The position numbers were made by a program, and so were the translations under genes. The notes beneath the pieces were generated by a model. That model searched no databases and had not been told where the DNA came from. It saw only the letters and a program-made list of their open reading frames with translations. This document shows positions 25,833 through 36,153 of a stretch of DNA of 64,000 nt, in pieces; the stretch's first letter is position 1; each line of letters begins with the position of its first letter. This DNA is from an uncultured delta proteobacterium. GTDB taxonomy: Bacteria; Myxococcota_A; Polyangia; Polyangiales; Houyiibacteriaceae. The stretch spans positions 255,006 to 319,005 of the forward strand of contig CAWFPD010000013.1 in NCBI GenBank assembly GCA_963817725.1, read 5' to 3'.

Positions 25833-27023
25833 TTAAACGACGATCGGCGTGCGCGAGGTCCCGAGGACGAACGCCCCGATCAAGGTGATGGCACCTGCAG
25901 TCCAGAAGGTAGCGCCGTAACCCCATACCGAAACGGCCGAGCCCAAGGCAAGCGCAAAAAATGCGTTACCTCCATTAAACGCGCCATGCACGATCGAGAC
26001 GACCATCCCGCGGGAGGAAGGATCGGCCCGCTGGATGCCTAGCGCGGTAATGGCTGGATAAACGATACCATGGGCCATTCCCATCATCGAGCCGATGAGG
26101 AAGAGGCGGCCCGGACCCAGAATGCTGAGAGCCGGCGGTACGGTCGCGTACAAACAAATCGCGACAATGGAGGACCGGAGCACGCCAAAGCGATCGATCA
26201 AGCGCCCGCCACCGAGCCGCACCGTCAGCGCCACGATCGCAAATCCGATGAAGAAGCCGCGCAGCTCGGTCACGCCGCGGCTGAGGGCAAACGGTTGGTG
26301 CAAGGTGAAGAGAGCGGTGAAGCCCGCGGTGAGCAGGAACATCGTTGCATAGACCCGCAAGAGAGATGCGCCGAAGATCGGCAGCCGGGGCTTGTCTGTC
26401 TGGGGTCGATGTCTTTGGGGCTCTTGCAGGCGAGTGCTGAAGAGGCTCGCCGCCAAGCCGGCGCTCGCGCTCACCACGAAGACCGGCTTCCAACCCGCAC
26501 TGTCCGCGATGAGCTCACCGAGCGTTGGCGAGACGGCATTCATCCCGAGGTTGGCCGCTCCGAAGAAACCGAGCGCTTGGGCCATGCGATCACTGGGCGC
26601 GATGTCGGCGGTCATGGTGCCGGCCGCGTTGAAGCCCATCACCATGCCGAGCCCCCAGCAGATCTGCGCTGCGTAGAGGAGCGGTCCCTCACGGTCGACG
26701 GCCCAATAGATCGCGCCGGTCAGCGCCAAGATCAGGTTTCCCACGATCAGCCATCGCCTCCGTTCAAACCGATCGACGAGCCAACCGACCAAAGGGGTCG
26801 CTGCGACCGCAGTCAGCCCTTGCACGGAGACCGCGCGGCCTATGGCTGCGGCATCCATCCCGAGCGCGCTCGCGTAGAACTTCGGCAGGATCAAGTAGAA
26901 GGACCAAGAGAACCCGAACATCGACGTAGACGCGAGGAGCAACGCGAACTGCCGCGATACGAGCCTCGGCCGTGATGGCGCCGTGCGGGGCTCGAAGAGC
27001 GTGGGCATGGGCCTCTTTAGCAC
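25833..27023 (-). CDS. MFS transporter
   Basis: 12 TM pattern, GWLVDRFERR and GRLIDRFG motif A. Confidence 0.88.
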   Translation of the reverse strand: MLKRPMPTLFEPRTAPSRPRLVSRQFALLLASTSMFGFSWSFYLILPKFYASALGMDAAAIGRAVSVQGLTAVAATPLVGWLVDRFERRRWLIVGNLILALTGAIYWAVDREGPLLYAAQICWGLGMVMGFNAAGTMTADIAPSDRMAQALGFFGAANLGMNAVSPTLGELIADSAGWKPVFVVSASAGLAASLFSTRLQEPQRHRPQTDKPRLPIFGASLLRVYATMFLLTAGFTALFTLHQPFALSRGVTELRGFFIGFAIVALTVRLGGGRLIDRFGVLRSSIVAICLYATVPPALSILGPGRLFLIGSMMGMAHGIVYPAITALGIQRADPSSRGMVVSIVHGAFNGGNAFFALALGSAVSVWGYGATFWTAGAITLIGAFVLGTSRTPIVV

Positions 27024-27158
27024 CCCAGATTGGGACAGGGGTGTTCGTTTTGCGTCCGAGTCCGGGGGCTAGAAAAAGGGGGGCCTTGCTGGTAAGCTTC
27101 CCTCACTACCTCCGCCTACCCCTGGCTTGCTTGCGAGTTTCGTTTCGAGGGGATTCCC

Positions 27159-27662
27159 ATGCGTGTTGCCGATGTCATGAGTAGTAGGCCGGTGACGATC
27201 GCCCCGGATGCCGCGGTCTCCGAGGCGCTCTGGCTTGCGTCCACACACAAGGTGGCGCACTTGGTGGTGGCGCGCGGCCGGCTGCCGGTCGGGTTGGTCT
27301 GTGTGCGCTGCGATCTCGCGGACGCGCCGCCCCGCGATTCCGTCACTCGATACATGCGCCGTCCGGTGACGATTGGCGCCTACGAAACCGCGGAGCGAGC
27401 AAGCAAGCGGATGTGTCAGCGCGGGATCGGTGCGCTCATCGTCCGCGGGGGAGACGCGAGTTGGGGTATCGCGACCCGGGGCGACCTCTTGCGGGCCGGT
27501 TTCCGAGCGGGGGAGGACGCTGGGCTTTTCTTCTGCGCGGCATGCGGCACCCATACCCACGTCCATCCCGTTCCCGGGAGCGAGTGGGTGGCGTTCTGCG
27601 TCGACTGCTGGGACCGCGCAGGTCCTCCTCGGATCGGGGACGACCTCGGCGTATCCGACTGA
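27159..27662 (+). CDS. CBS-pair protein with C-terminal Cys4 zinc ribbon
   Basis: RVADVMSSRPVTI, YMRRPVTI...GIATRGDLL; tail CAACG...FCVDC; SD GAGGGG upstream. Confidence 0.75.
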   Translation: MRVADVMSSRPVTIAPDAAVSEALWLASTHKVAHLVVARGRLPVGLVCVRCDLADAPPRDSVTRYMRRPVTIGAYETAERASKRMCQRGIGALIVRGGDASWGIATRGDLLRAGFRAGEDAGLFFCAACGTHTHVHPVPGSEWVAFCVDCWDRAGPPRIGDDLGVSD

Positions 27663-27764
27663 TCGGGACGCGCGGCGCGGTCAAAACGTTCCTGGTTTCG
27701 GCCCATTGCGCAGCTCGCTGCGAAATTCCAAAGCTCACTCGGCTTTTCGCGGTATGCCTCGCGA

Positions 27765-29249
27765 ATGGCTGCGATAGCTTCAGCTGCCAAGGGCGCGGGC
27801 GTCTCCTTTCGGATTTCGTCTTGGGTGTTTGGACGGGCGCTCGGCGGGGTGCTGCTCATCGCGTTCGCATCGCTGGGCGCGCAAGCCCAAGGGCTCTTCG
27901 GGGCGCGCGGCGTCATGCCCATCGCCACGTTCGTGGAGTCGGCCAAGCGAGCGGAGCATAGCTTTTGGCAGCACCCGAGCGCGCTCTGGTGGAGCAGCAC
28001 CGACTTCATGATCGAGGCCGTCTGGGTCGTTGGGATAATTGCGGCGGTCGCGCTCCTAGCAGGTCTGCTGCCGAAAATCGCGCTGATCATCGCGTGGTTT
28101 TGCTACCTCTCATTCGTCAGCCTCGGCTGGCCGTTCATGTCGTTTCAGTGGGACACCCTCCTGCTCGAAGTGACGTTCACGGCTTTTTTCTTCGTGCCAT
28201 GGACGGCCTGGGACCGGCTTCGGACGCATCCGGACCCGCACCCTTTGGTGCGATGGGCTCTTTGGTGGCTGATCTTTCGGCTGATCTTTCGATCCGGCTA
28301 TGTGAAGCTCGCCAGTGGAGACACCACCTGGGCGGATTTGAGCGCGCTGACTTATCACTACTGGACGCAGCCGTTGCCCACGCCGGTTGCCTGGTACGCG
28401 AACCTGCTCCCCGGCTGGTTCGATCAGCTCTGTTGCCTGCTGATGTTCGTCGTCGAGCTCGGAGTGCCGTTTTTGATCTGGATTCCAAGACCGTGGGCGC
28501 GCCGTTCCGCCGCGGCGGGGATCGCCATGCTCATGAGCTTGATCGCCCTGACGGGAAACTACGGCTTTTTCAATCTCCTCACGCTCGCGCTTTGCATCCC
28601 GCTGCTCGATGATGGTCTCCTCGACCGCCTCGTGCCCGCTCGCTTTCGACTCGACCCTAAAGTCGAGCAAGAATCGGGGTGGAACGCCCGGGCCGGCATC
28701 GCGCCTGCCCTGATCATCGCGCTCACCGCGGTGGTGTTCTTCACAGGGACCTTCGGCCGGCGTTTTCCCCGATGGCTCGGGCCGGTGTATCCTTTCAGCA
28801 CCTTCAACAACTACGGCCTCTTTGCCGTCATGACGACCGAGCGTCCCGAGATCAATCTCGAAGGCACCCGGGACGGCCAAACCTGGCAACCCTACGTGTT
28901 TCGGTACAAGCCAGGGCCTTTGGACCGCGCTCCCGTATGGGCCGCCCCGCACCAGCCCCGTCTCGACTGGCAGATGTGGTTTGCTGCGTTGGGCGACTAT
29001 CGGCGCAACATGTGGCTCGGCAACTTGATGCGACGCTTGCTCGAAGGCGAGCCCAGCGTGATCGAGCTTCTCGAACGAAACCCTTTTGGTGACGAGCCGC
29101 CCAAGCAGGTGCGGGCCATCATCTATCGCTATCGGTTCGCGACGCCTGAAGAGCGTGCAGCCACCGGACGCTGGTGGGAGCGGAGTGATCGAGCGCTCTA
29201 TGCGCCCATCTTGGGGGAGCCGATCGAGCCCGTCAGTACTGAATACTGA
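27765..29249 (+). CDS. Lipase maturation factor (LMF) family membrane protein
   Basis: FMSFQWDTLLLE, YHYWTQPLP, TGNYGFFNLL, YGLFAVMT, PHQPRLDWQMWFAAL. Confidence 0.9.
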   Translation: MAAIASAAKGAGVSFRISSWVFGRALGGVLLIAFASLGAQAQGLFGARGVMPIATFVESAKRAEHSFWQHPSALWWSSTDFMIEAVWVVGIIAAVALLAGLLPKIALIIAWFCYLSFVSLGWPFMSFQWDTLLLEVTFTAFFFVPWTAWDRLRTHPDPHPLVRWALWWLIFRLIFRSGYVKLASGDTTWADLSALTYHYWTQPLPTPVAWYANLLPGWFDQLCCLLMFVVELGVPFLIWIPRPWARRSAAAGIAMLMSLIALTGNYGFFNLLTLALCIPLLDDGLLDRLVPARFRLDPKVEQESGWNARAGIAPALIIALTAVVFFTGTFGRRFPRWLGPVYPFSTFNNYGLFAVMTTERPEINLEGTRDGQTWQPYVFRYKPGPLDRAPVWAAPHQPRLDWQMWFAALGDYRRNMWLGNLMRRLLEGEPSVIELLERNPFGDEPPKQVRAIIYRYRFATPEERAATGRWWERSDRALYAPILGEPIEPVSTEY

Positions 29250-30678
29250 ACGACACCGAGGCCCAGTAGGTCATGACTCGATACTTCCCTGGGCAGCCGG
29301 TCCGCACGACCTGGTCGCTCGAGCAGACCGTGACCGTTTGATCCGTCCCTGGGATCGTTCCCTGGGTGCCGATGTAGCTGTCGCCGATCGTTTGCCCGGA
29401 CCATCCAAAGAGGCCTCCAAGGTCGAGCTGGTACTTGTCCTTGATGGTGGGGTCGTTCCGGTCGTCCCAGTAGAATCCCAGACCCGCCATGACGGTGCTG
29501 ATGTTGAAAGGAGCCGGAGGCGGCGTGAAGTACTGCGCCCACTCCCCATTGGTGGCTGCGTTGGCGAAGTTGGCGCCCCCGCGAATGGCAAGGAAGTCCT
29601 TTTTGAAGCGATACTCGGCCCCGACCTTGAGGCTCCACACGTTCTTCCAGCCGAAGGGGACGACGAGCGTCGTCAGCGGCGTACCATCGGGAAGCGACGC
29701 GATCACGGTCTGATTCGGGTTGCCGGTCCTGCTGGCGGCATGCCATTGGCGCCGCGCTTCGACAACCAAGAGCAAACGACGGTTGGGCTGATAGGAGACA
29801 CCGAACTGCAGGGCGTTGGGGATGTTCCAGTACGCCAGCGCGTCGAGCTCGAGCCCGTCCTCTCCGGTTTGAGTCGTACCGGTTAGCTTGATCCTCGAGT
29901 ACATGCGGAACATCGCGCTCAGCCGGACTTTGGGATGCGGCTTGATGGTGAAGCCGGCGCGCAGCGAAGGGAACCCGATTCCCCCGATGTTATTTTTGAC
30001 GCGACCGTAGTTTGGCGTGCTTCCTGGCACATACCCCGGAAACGCGGGAGCCAGGTTCTGATAAAGATTCGCGGTCTGCTTCGAGAACGGCAATCGCAGT
30101 GCCAGCCCGATCTGAAACTTCTCGTGTGCTTTGATCGAAAAGCCCGTCGAGAACTCGCCCACGAAAAACTTCACGTCTAGCTTCTGCGGGTCTCCGTTGG
30201 TGCAGGTATCTGGATTGGTGTCCGGAACATACACAGTGCCGGGCGGTTGGGGCTGCGTGGGATTCGGCGACACCGGCGCACCGTCGAGGCATTGCACATT
30301 CGAAAAAGCCGAGCCGTACCCGGTCTCGATGTAAAGCCCAGCTGCAAACACGACGCGGGGCGCGATCCGACCTGCGATGAAACCCGATGGAATCGGGCCG
30401 AACCCAAGCCCCGAGTCGACCTGTGTGTTCGGTCCCTGCACCGGGGCGCGTTGGTTGGTAAACAGGCCCGTGAAGTGAAGCGTGAAGCCGAGGTTCTCGA
30501 TACCGTCGAGATTGGCTGGGTTGAGCACCAGGGCCGAGGCGCGATCCATATACGTGGTGCCGGTGAGCCCCATCGCGATGCTGCGGGCATCATACGCGGT
30601 GGGCTCGGGGTTGGCCCTGGCCATCGCCGGCAGAAGCAAGCCAGCGGCAAGGCATGCCGTCGCTAGTCGTTGATTCAT
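29233..30678 (-). CDS. FadL/Toluene_X-type outer-membrane transport protein
   Basis: Signal peptide, DARSIAMG...ASALVLNPANL, C-terminal aromatic SFSIQY. Confidence 0.78.
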   Translation of the reverse strand: MNQRLATACLAAGLLLPAMARANPEPTAYDARSIAMGLTGTTYMDRASALVLNPANLDGIENLGFTLHFTGLFTNQRAPVQGPNTQVDSGLGFGPIPSGFIAGRIAPRVVFAAGLYIETGYGSAFSNVQCLDGAPVSPNPTQPQPPGTVYVPDTNPDTCTNGDPQKLDVKFFVGEFSTGFSIKAHEKFQIGLALRLPFSKQTANLYQNLAPAFPGYVPGSTPNYGRVKNNIGGIGFPSLRAGFTIKPHPKVRLSAMFRMYSRIKLTGTTQTGEDGLELDALAYWNIPNALQFGVSYQPNRRLLLVVEARRQWHAASRTGNPNQTVIASLPDGTPLTTLVVPFGWKNVWSLKVGAEYRFKKDFLAIRGGANFANAATNGEWAQYFTPPPAPFNISTVMAGLGFYWDDRNDPTIKDKYQLDLGGLFGWSGQTIGDSYIGTQGTIPGTDQTVTVCSSDQVVRTGCPGKYRVMTYWASVSFSIQY

Positions 30679-30825
30679 GTGCAAGGGCTCCTCCACCCGG
30701 CGTGCGCCCAGGGCGGTCGGCGCAGCATACATGGAAGGACCGCTGATAGGTCAACCAAAAAAAGGTCGACGCATTGCACAAATATCCAGGTAAATGTGCA
30801 CTTTGCTGGCGGACGCGCCGGCGAG

Positions 30826-31473
30826 TCAGGCGACGCCAGCGCGACACGCGACGCCGGTGCCGCCGAGCCCGCAGTAGCCGCCCGGATTCTTGGCGAGGTA
30901 CTGTTGGTGATAGTCCTCGGCGTAGTAGAAGGACGGGGCTTCCAAGATCTCGGTGGTGATGGGGCCGTATCCCGCCTCTTCGAGCGCACGCTGGTAACGC
31001 TGCAGCGACGCTTCGGCGAAGCGTCGCTGCTCCTCGTCGAAATAGTAGATGCCCGATCGATATTGCGTCCCACGATCGTTGCCCTGCTGCATGCCTTGCG
31101 TGGGATCGTGACTCTCCCAAAAGATTTTGAGCAACTCCTCGTAGCCGACCTGAGCCGGGCGATAGACGACCAGCACGACCTCGTTGTGACCGGTCAGACC
31201 CGAGCACACTTCCTCGTACGTGGGGTTTGGCGTGTAGCCGGCCGCGTATCCCACGGCGGTCGTGTACACTCCCGGGATCTCCCAAAACTTGCGCTCGGCG
31301 CCCCAAAAACAACCGAGCCCGAAGAGCGCTCTGCGTGTGTCGTCGGGAAACGGCGCTCGTAGAGGGGCATCCAACACATAGTGGCGTGCGGCCACAGGCA
31401 TGGGGGTCTTTCGGCCCACCAAGGCCTCGGCTTGGGTGGGCATGCGGAGCTTCTTTCCCGAGGTGAAAAACAT
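30826..31473 (-). CDS. msrA: Peptide methionine sulfoxide reductase A
   Basis: [41 protein letters not shown]. Confidence 0.95.
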   Translation of the reverse strand: MFFTSGKKLRMPTQAEALVGRKTPMPVAARHYVLDAPLRAPFPDDTRRALFGLGCFWGAERKFWEIPGVYTTAVGYAAGYTPNPTYEEVCSGLTGHNEVVLVVYRPAQVGYEELLKIFWESHDPTQGMQQGNDRGTQYRSGIYYFDEEQRRFAEASLQRYQRALEEAGYGPITTEILEAPSFYYAEDYHQQYLAKNPGGYCGLGGTGVACRAGVA

Positions 31474-31555
31474 CTTCCGTATATAGCGACGACCGCCGGG
31501 GCCGGTAGCCCCATCGCTGGCCGCTTGCGATGGGTCGATAATACGATAACCAAGC

Positions 31556-32323
31556 TTGGTGGAGGAAGCGCAACTCATCGAGATCGCCCGGCGGCTTCAA
31601 CAGAGCCGCAGCATTCTCTTCGTGACCGGCGCAGGCGTGTCGGCGGACTCCGGCCTTCCCACGTATCGCGGGATCGGGGGCCTCTACGAGCAAGCGCATA
31701 CGGAAGAGGGAATTCCGATTGAAGTCGCGCTTTCCGGCGCCATGTTCCGGCGTGATCCATCGCTTACGTGGCGGTACATCCACCAGATCGAGCGGGCTTG
31801 CCGAGGTGCCGGCCCGAATCGCGCGCATCGGGCGATCGCCGAGCTCGAGGGTCGTTTCGAGCGCGTGTGGACCCTCACCCAGAACGTGGATGGCCTCCAT
31901 CACGCCGCAGGAAGCCATCGGGTCATCGACATCCATGGCGACGTGCATTGTCTGATCTGCACACGGTGCAGTCATCGTTGGAGAGTCGCCAGCTACGCAG
32001 GTCTCGACATTCCGCCGTCTTGTCCGGAATGTGACTCTTTGGTGAGACCCGAGGTGGTTTTGTTTGGCGAAATGTTGCCGCTCGATCGCGCGCAGCTGCT
32101 TCAGGAAGAGCTGACGCGTGGGTTCGACGTGGTCTTTTCCATCGGGACCACCAGTGTTTTCCCCTATATCGCCGAGCCCGTCATCGATGCCCGGCGCCGA
32201 GGCGCGCTCACGGTCGAAATTAACCCCGGCGCGAGCGAGGTATCACACCTCGTGGATTACCGGTTGCGGGCCGGCGCGGCGGAGGCGATGGAGGCGATTG
32301 TCCAAGCCCTTGATCGTGCCTAA
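31556..32323 (+). CDS. cobB: Sir2-family NAD-dependent protein deacylase
   Basis: [27 protein letters not shown], CxxC...CxxC, IGTT. Confidence 0.9.
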   Translation: MVEEAQLIEIARRLQQSRSILFVTGAGVSADSGLPTYRGIGGLYEQAHTEEGIPIEVALSGAMFRRDPSLTWRYIHQIERACRGAGPNRAHRAIAELEGRFERVWTLTQNVDGLHHAAGSHRVIDIHGDVHCLICTRCSHRWRVASYAGLDIPPSCPECDSLVRPEVVLFGEMLPLDRAQLLQEELTRGFDVVFSIGTTSVFPYIAEPVIDARRRGALTVEINPGASEVSHLVDYRLRAGAAEAMEAIVQALDRA

Positions 32324-32329
32324 GCTTCC

Positions 32330-33019
32330 GTGAGCATGGGGGGCAACGGAAAGTCATACCGCTTCGACGATGCCTACGAGGAAAGCATCCGCTTGTCCGA
32401 CGGGGAGCGCGTTCATTTGCGGCTGATGCAGCCGGGCGACAAGGCCATGCTCGTGGAGGCCTTCGAGCGGCTTTCACCGGATTCCCGGTACGCACGCTTC
32501 ATGGCACCCAAAACGAGAATCACCGACGCAGAGCTTCGTTACCTGACCGAGGTCGATGGAATCGATCATTTCGCGATCGGTGCAATCCGGCGGCACCTGG
32601 TCTCCAAGGACGAGGGTGTGGGAAGCGCCCGTTTCGTACGCCTGCAGGATCGCCCCGACGTGGCCGAGCCGGCGGTCACGGTCGTCGACTCGTATCAAGG
32701 GAAGGGGCTCGGGTCGATGTTGCTGCAGCGCCTCATCGAAGCCGCATTGGAGCGTGGTGTTCGCTGGTTCAGTGTCGAGCTACTTGCCGAAAATACAGCC
32801 TCCCGCAAGATGATCGAGGCGCTGGCCCCGGAAGCGAAGTTTCGGCCTTCGGGAGACGGCGCGGTGTTCGCGATGCTCCCACTTCCCGAGCCCGAAGAAA
32901 CGCCGACTGCGCCCGGGTTCCTCGAGGGCACGCCCTTTCAGAAGCTGCTCGCGCAGATCGCCCGCGCTGCGATTTCCGTGAACCCGCGCGCAACGAGGCC
33001 GCCCAAAGCGCCGGACTAG
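32330..33019 (+). CDS. GNAT acetyltransferase (Pat-like GNAT domain)
   Basis: LSPDSRYARF, DHFAIGA, VGSARFVR...AEPAVTVVDSYQGKGLG...LAEN. Confidence 0.85.
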   Translation: MSMGGNGKSYRFDDAYEESIRLSDGERVHLRLMQPGDKAMLVEAFERLSPDSRYARFMAPKTRITDAELRYLTEVDGIDHFAIGAIRRHLVSKDEGVGSARFVRLQDRPDVAEPAVTVVDSYQGKGLGSMLLQRLIEAALERGVRWFSVELLAENTASRKMIEALAPEAKFRPSGDGAVFAMLPLPEPEETPTAPGFLEGTPFQKLLAQIARAAISVNPRATRPPKAPD

Positions 33020-33585
33020 GACGCCTGCACGGGGAACATCATCGGCGCACGCACTTGCACCATGCGCTGCGCGTCGGTGAGCGCCCCGACGATTCGGAGC
33101 GCAAACGCAAACGCGGTGCCCGGTCCTCGGCTCGTGATCAGGTTGCGGTCCGCCACGACCGAGTGCTCACTGTACTCACCCCATGTTTCGACCATCGACT
33201 TGACGCTGGGATGGCTGGTCAATTGCCTATCGCGAAAGACGCCATGGGCCGGCAACGCGATTGCGGCAGCGCAGATCGCAGCGACCCATCGGCCGCTTTG
33301 TTCCTGCTCTTGCAATAGCTCACCCACCTTGGCGGACTGCGCCAGGCGCTTTGCCCCTTCCGCGCCTCCGGGCAGCACGATCACGTCAAACGCGCCGTTG
33401 ACCTCAGCAAGCGCCACATCAGGAGTGATGACGACGCCGCGGCTGCACCGCACCGGATCAGGGCCATCGATGCCGGCTACCGTCACGTCGATCTGCCCGC
33501 GACGCAGCACGTCGATGCTGATCACGGCCTCCATTTCCTCAGCGCCCTCCGCGAGCAGAACCAGCGCCGTGGGATGATCGGTCAT
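33016..33585 (-). CDS. DJ-1/PfpI (YajL-like) protein
   Basis: GAEEMEA, VLPGG, AAICAA, TSRGPGTA. Confidence 0.9.
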   Translation of the reverse strand: MTDHPTALVLLAEGAEEMEAVISIDVLRRGQIDVTVAGIDGPDPVRCSRGVVITPDVALAEVNGAFDVIVLPGGAEGAKRLAQSAKVGELLQEQEQSGRWVAAICAAAIALPAHGVFRDRQLTSHPSVKSMVETWGEYSEHSVVADRNLITSRGPGTAFAFALRIVGALTDAQRMVQVRAPMMFPVQAS

Positions 33586-34190
33586 GGAAGATCCTCGCAG
33601 TTGCGGGACTTGTCGCGTTTGCAGATCGCTTTGATTCGTTCTTTCAGAGCTGCCTCGAGCGTGGTCAAACCCAGGCCCTTGGCGAGGTCGATGGACGCCG
33701 TCGCGCTCAGGCGATCCACCACGAAGGCCTTGAGGCCCAACAGCGCGGCCGCGCGCTCTCCCGTGCTGCAGTGGACGACCGCTGGCAGCGCGTCCCGTCT
33801 CTGCAACGCTTTGGCGAGCGCGCGCGCGTTTTGCTCAGTGAGCCCTACGGCGCCGGGAACCGGGATGGAAACGTATCTCATGCCCATCCGCTGGACGGCG
33901 GCCGCTTCGCCTTCGTCACCGCGCTCGCTCTCCGGCCGCAGATTGACCACCGTCCGGTAGCCAGCTTCCTGGATGGCTTTGAGCTGGGTGTGACTCGGCT
34001 GCCCGCCCACGAGCAGACCGCTTTGCGTCACCCTCGCGTTCGGGATCGGAACCAGAGGCGGCGTGGGATCGATCTGCTCCGGGACCGTTGGCTTTTCGGG
34101 TGTGCCTTCCGCCCCCGCGTGGGGCAGCACGGCGAGCGCGCCAACCAGGGCGAGCAGCAGGAAAGTGATAGACGAAGAGCGGTGCAACAT
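33582..34190 (-). CDS. Secreted DUF442/PTP-like Cys phosphatase-fold protein (possible sulfurtransferase)
   Basis: Signal peptide, GGQP, VVNLRPESE, VVHCSTGERA (HCxxGxR). Confidence 0.75.
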   Translation of the reverse strand: MLHRSSSITFLLLALVGALAVLPHAGAEGTPEKPTVPEQIDPTPPLVPIPNARVTQSGLLVGGQPSHTQLKAIQEAGYRTVVNLRPESERGDEGEAAAVQRMGMRYVSIPVPGAVGLTEQNARALAKALQRRDALPAVVHCSTGERAAALLGLKAFVVDRLSATASIDLAKGLGLTTLEAALKERIKAICKRDKSRNCEDLP

Positions 34191-34293
34191 GTCGTCATCC
34201 AATCGTGTGGCGTTTGAGCGCACGGCCGATGTATCGAACCCCGATGTTTTCGAGCGCGCGCGTCGTCAACCATGCGCCACTTTGCTTCATGAG

Positions 34294-35919
34294 CTACCTC
34301 GCGCCTCGGCCGCTCAGAATGGCTCGCGCGGCCACGCGTCCGGAATAGACGCATCCGCCGAGAAACGTTCCTTCGAGCGCACGCAAGCCGTGCATGCCGC
34401 CGCCTCCAAAGCCGCAGGCCTCACCGACCGCAAACAAGCTGGGGATCGGGTTGCCCTGCTCGTCGAGCACTTTCGCATCGAGGTCCACCTGAATACCACC
34501 CAAGCTCTTGCGCGTGAGAATCTGCGTTCGGATGGCGATGAGGGGCATCGCCTTGGCATCGAGGATCGGTGCCATGTTGCAGGTTCTGAGCCGATCTCCG
34601 AGATACTGGCGGACGTGCGCGATGCGGCGGAGCTGGTCGTCGTTTTGCAGCTTGCGGCCTCGTGCGATGTTGTCGTCGTAGTCCGCGATCTCACGCTCGA
34701 GGAGCTTGGCATCGACGTCTCGGGTGCCCGTCAAAGCGTTCATCCTGTCGGCCAGCTCTGCGACGCTGTTCCCGGTCACGAAGTCTGGGCAATGATCGAC
34801 GAACTCCTGCACCTGCTCGCCGTTGCCCCGGAGTAGACGAATGATGAAAGCTAGAAGGTTCTTGTCGCGAACTGCCGGGTTGAACTCCGCACCCGACACC
34901 GAGAATTCCTTGTTAGCGATCTTGCGGTTCATCACCTGCCAGGAGTACTTCTTGCGTTCTTGGCAAATTTGGTCGATGAGCAACAGGGTGTCGTAGGAGC
35001 CGACCAGCGGCGGGTCCACGAATCGGCGACCCTGGTAGCTGACCCAAAGCGCCGATTTCCCGGGCACCAGGCTCAGGCCGTAGTTCGGAAATGGGGGTGC
35101 CCAGTGCCGCACGCCGGCCGCGTAGTTCCACATCTTCTCGAGGTGTGTGACCTTGGCGCCAAGCTCTTCGGCGCGTTCCAATAGATGTCCGTCGGCTTCG
35201 GGAATGGACCCATTGAGCATCGGCTCCGGCGGCTCGCCCCAGCGGTCTCGCGGCCAAATGGCTCGGACCTTGTCGTGATTTCCTGCGATTCCGCCGGCCG
35301 CAATGACGACTGCGTCCCCGCGCGCCTCGAACGTCCCATCCGGGCTCGTGCCGTGGCATCCCACCACGACACCCGCCTGTTGAATGAGCGCGTCCACACG
35401 ATGGCCGAAATGCAGCTGGAGGCGTCCGGCTTTTTCGTGCTCCCCGAGACGGGGGATCAGCGCGGTGATGATCCCTTCGCCCGTGCCCCACACGATGTGG
35501 AAGCGGGGCACCGAGTTTCCCGGCACGAAATAACCGCGCTCGGTCCAGTTCACCGCGCGGAAAAAGCTCACGCCGCGCTCGATGAGCCAACCGCGCACTT
35601 CCTCGGTGCAACGGTTCACATATGCCTCGGCCCAGCGATACGGCCAGACGTCGTTGGGATCGAGCTCGCCATAGCGAACCCAATCGCGCATCGCCAGGTC
35701 GACGGAATCCTTGATGCCGCTCTTGCGCTGCTCAGGCGAGTCGACGAAGAACATCCCGCCGAACGACCAAAGGGCTAGGCCGCCAAAGCGGTCGCGGGTG
35801 GCCGCGTCGAGCATGACCACCCGTTTGCCGGCATCGAGTAGCTCGAGCGCGGTCACCATTCCAGCGAGCCCGCCGCCAATGACCACTGCCTCGGCGTCGT
35901 AGTTGCGATTCTCGGCCAT
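34294..35919 (-). CDS. FAD-binding dehydrogenase (FAD_binding_2, KsdD-like family)
   Basis: VIGGGLAG, GGLALWSFGG, TRKSLGG, GGGGMHGLRALEGTFLGGC. Confidence 0.88.
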   Translation of the reverse strand: MAENRNYDAEAVVIGGGLAGMVTALELLDAGKRVVMLDAATRDRFGGLALWSFGGMFFVDSPEQRKSGIKDSVDLAMRDWVRYGELDPNDVWPYRWAEAYVNRCTEEVRGWLIERGVSFFRAVNWTERGYFVPGNSVPRFHIVWGTGEGIITALIPRLGEHEKAGRLQLHFGHRVDALIQQAGVVVGCHGTSPDGTFEARGDAVVIAAGGIAGNHDKVRAIWPRDRWGEPPEPMLNGSIPEADGHLLERAEELGAKVTHLEKMWNYAAGVRHWAPPFPNYGLSLVPGKSALWVSYQGRRFVDPPLVGSYDTLLLIDQICQERKKYSWQVMNRKIANKEFSVSGAEFNPAVRDKNLLAFIIRLLRGNGEQVQEFVDHCPDFVTGNSVAELADRMNALTGTRDVDAKLLEREIADYDDNIARGRKLQNDDQLRRIAHVRQYLGDRLRTCNMAPILDAKAMPLIAIRTQILTRKSLGGIQVDLDAKVLDEQGNPIPSLFAVGEACGFGGGGMHGLRALEGTFLGGCVYSGRVAARAILSGRGAR

Positions 35920-35948
35920 AGGGAGGCGGAGCATATCAGATTGCCGGA

Positions 35949-36071
35949 CTACGGCATCACACTACCGGTTTCGCATACCCCGATCGCGAAGTTTGCCGTG
36001 TTTGAAACGTTCCCGTCCGCGTCCTCGACCACGACCGTTCCGCTGTAGGGTGCCGCGTTGAGGACCCTAAC
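35949..36071 (-). pseudogene. Possible C-terminal remnant of a secreted protein gene
   Basis: Start-less frame reading VLNAAPYSGTVVVEDADGNVSNTANFAIGVCETGSVMP* in an intergenic gap. Confidence 0.25.
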
Positions 36072-36153
36072 TCACCACCCGCAGCAATGCCAGCGTCAGT
36101 GCGGTGAGCCCTTAGGCTTGCGTGCAGAGCCGAGGCTCGTACGGTGGGCGTCT

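Noticed and set aside
27024-27158. Intergenic region checked for tRNA or structured RNA
   Set aside because: No cloverleaf, T-loop or convincing long stem found
30590-31975. 461-aa minus-strand ORF
   Set aside because: Overlaps msrA (other frame) and the sirtuin (antisense); Arg/Gly-rich junk composition
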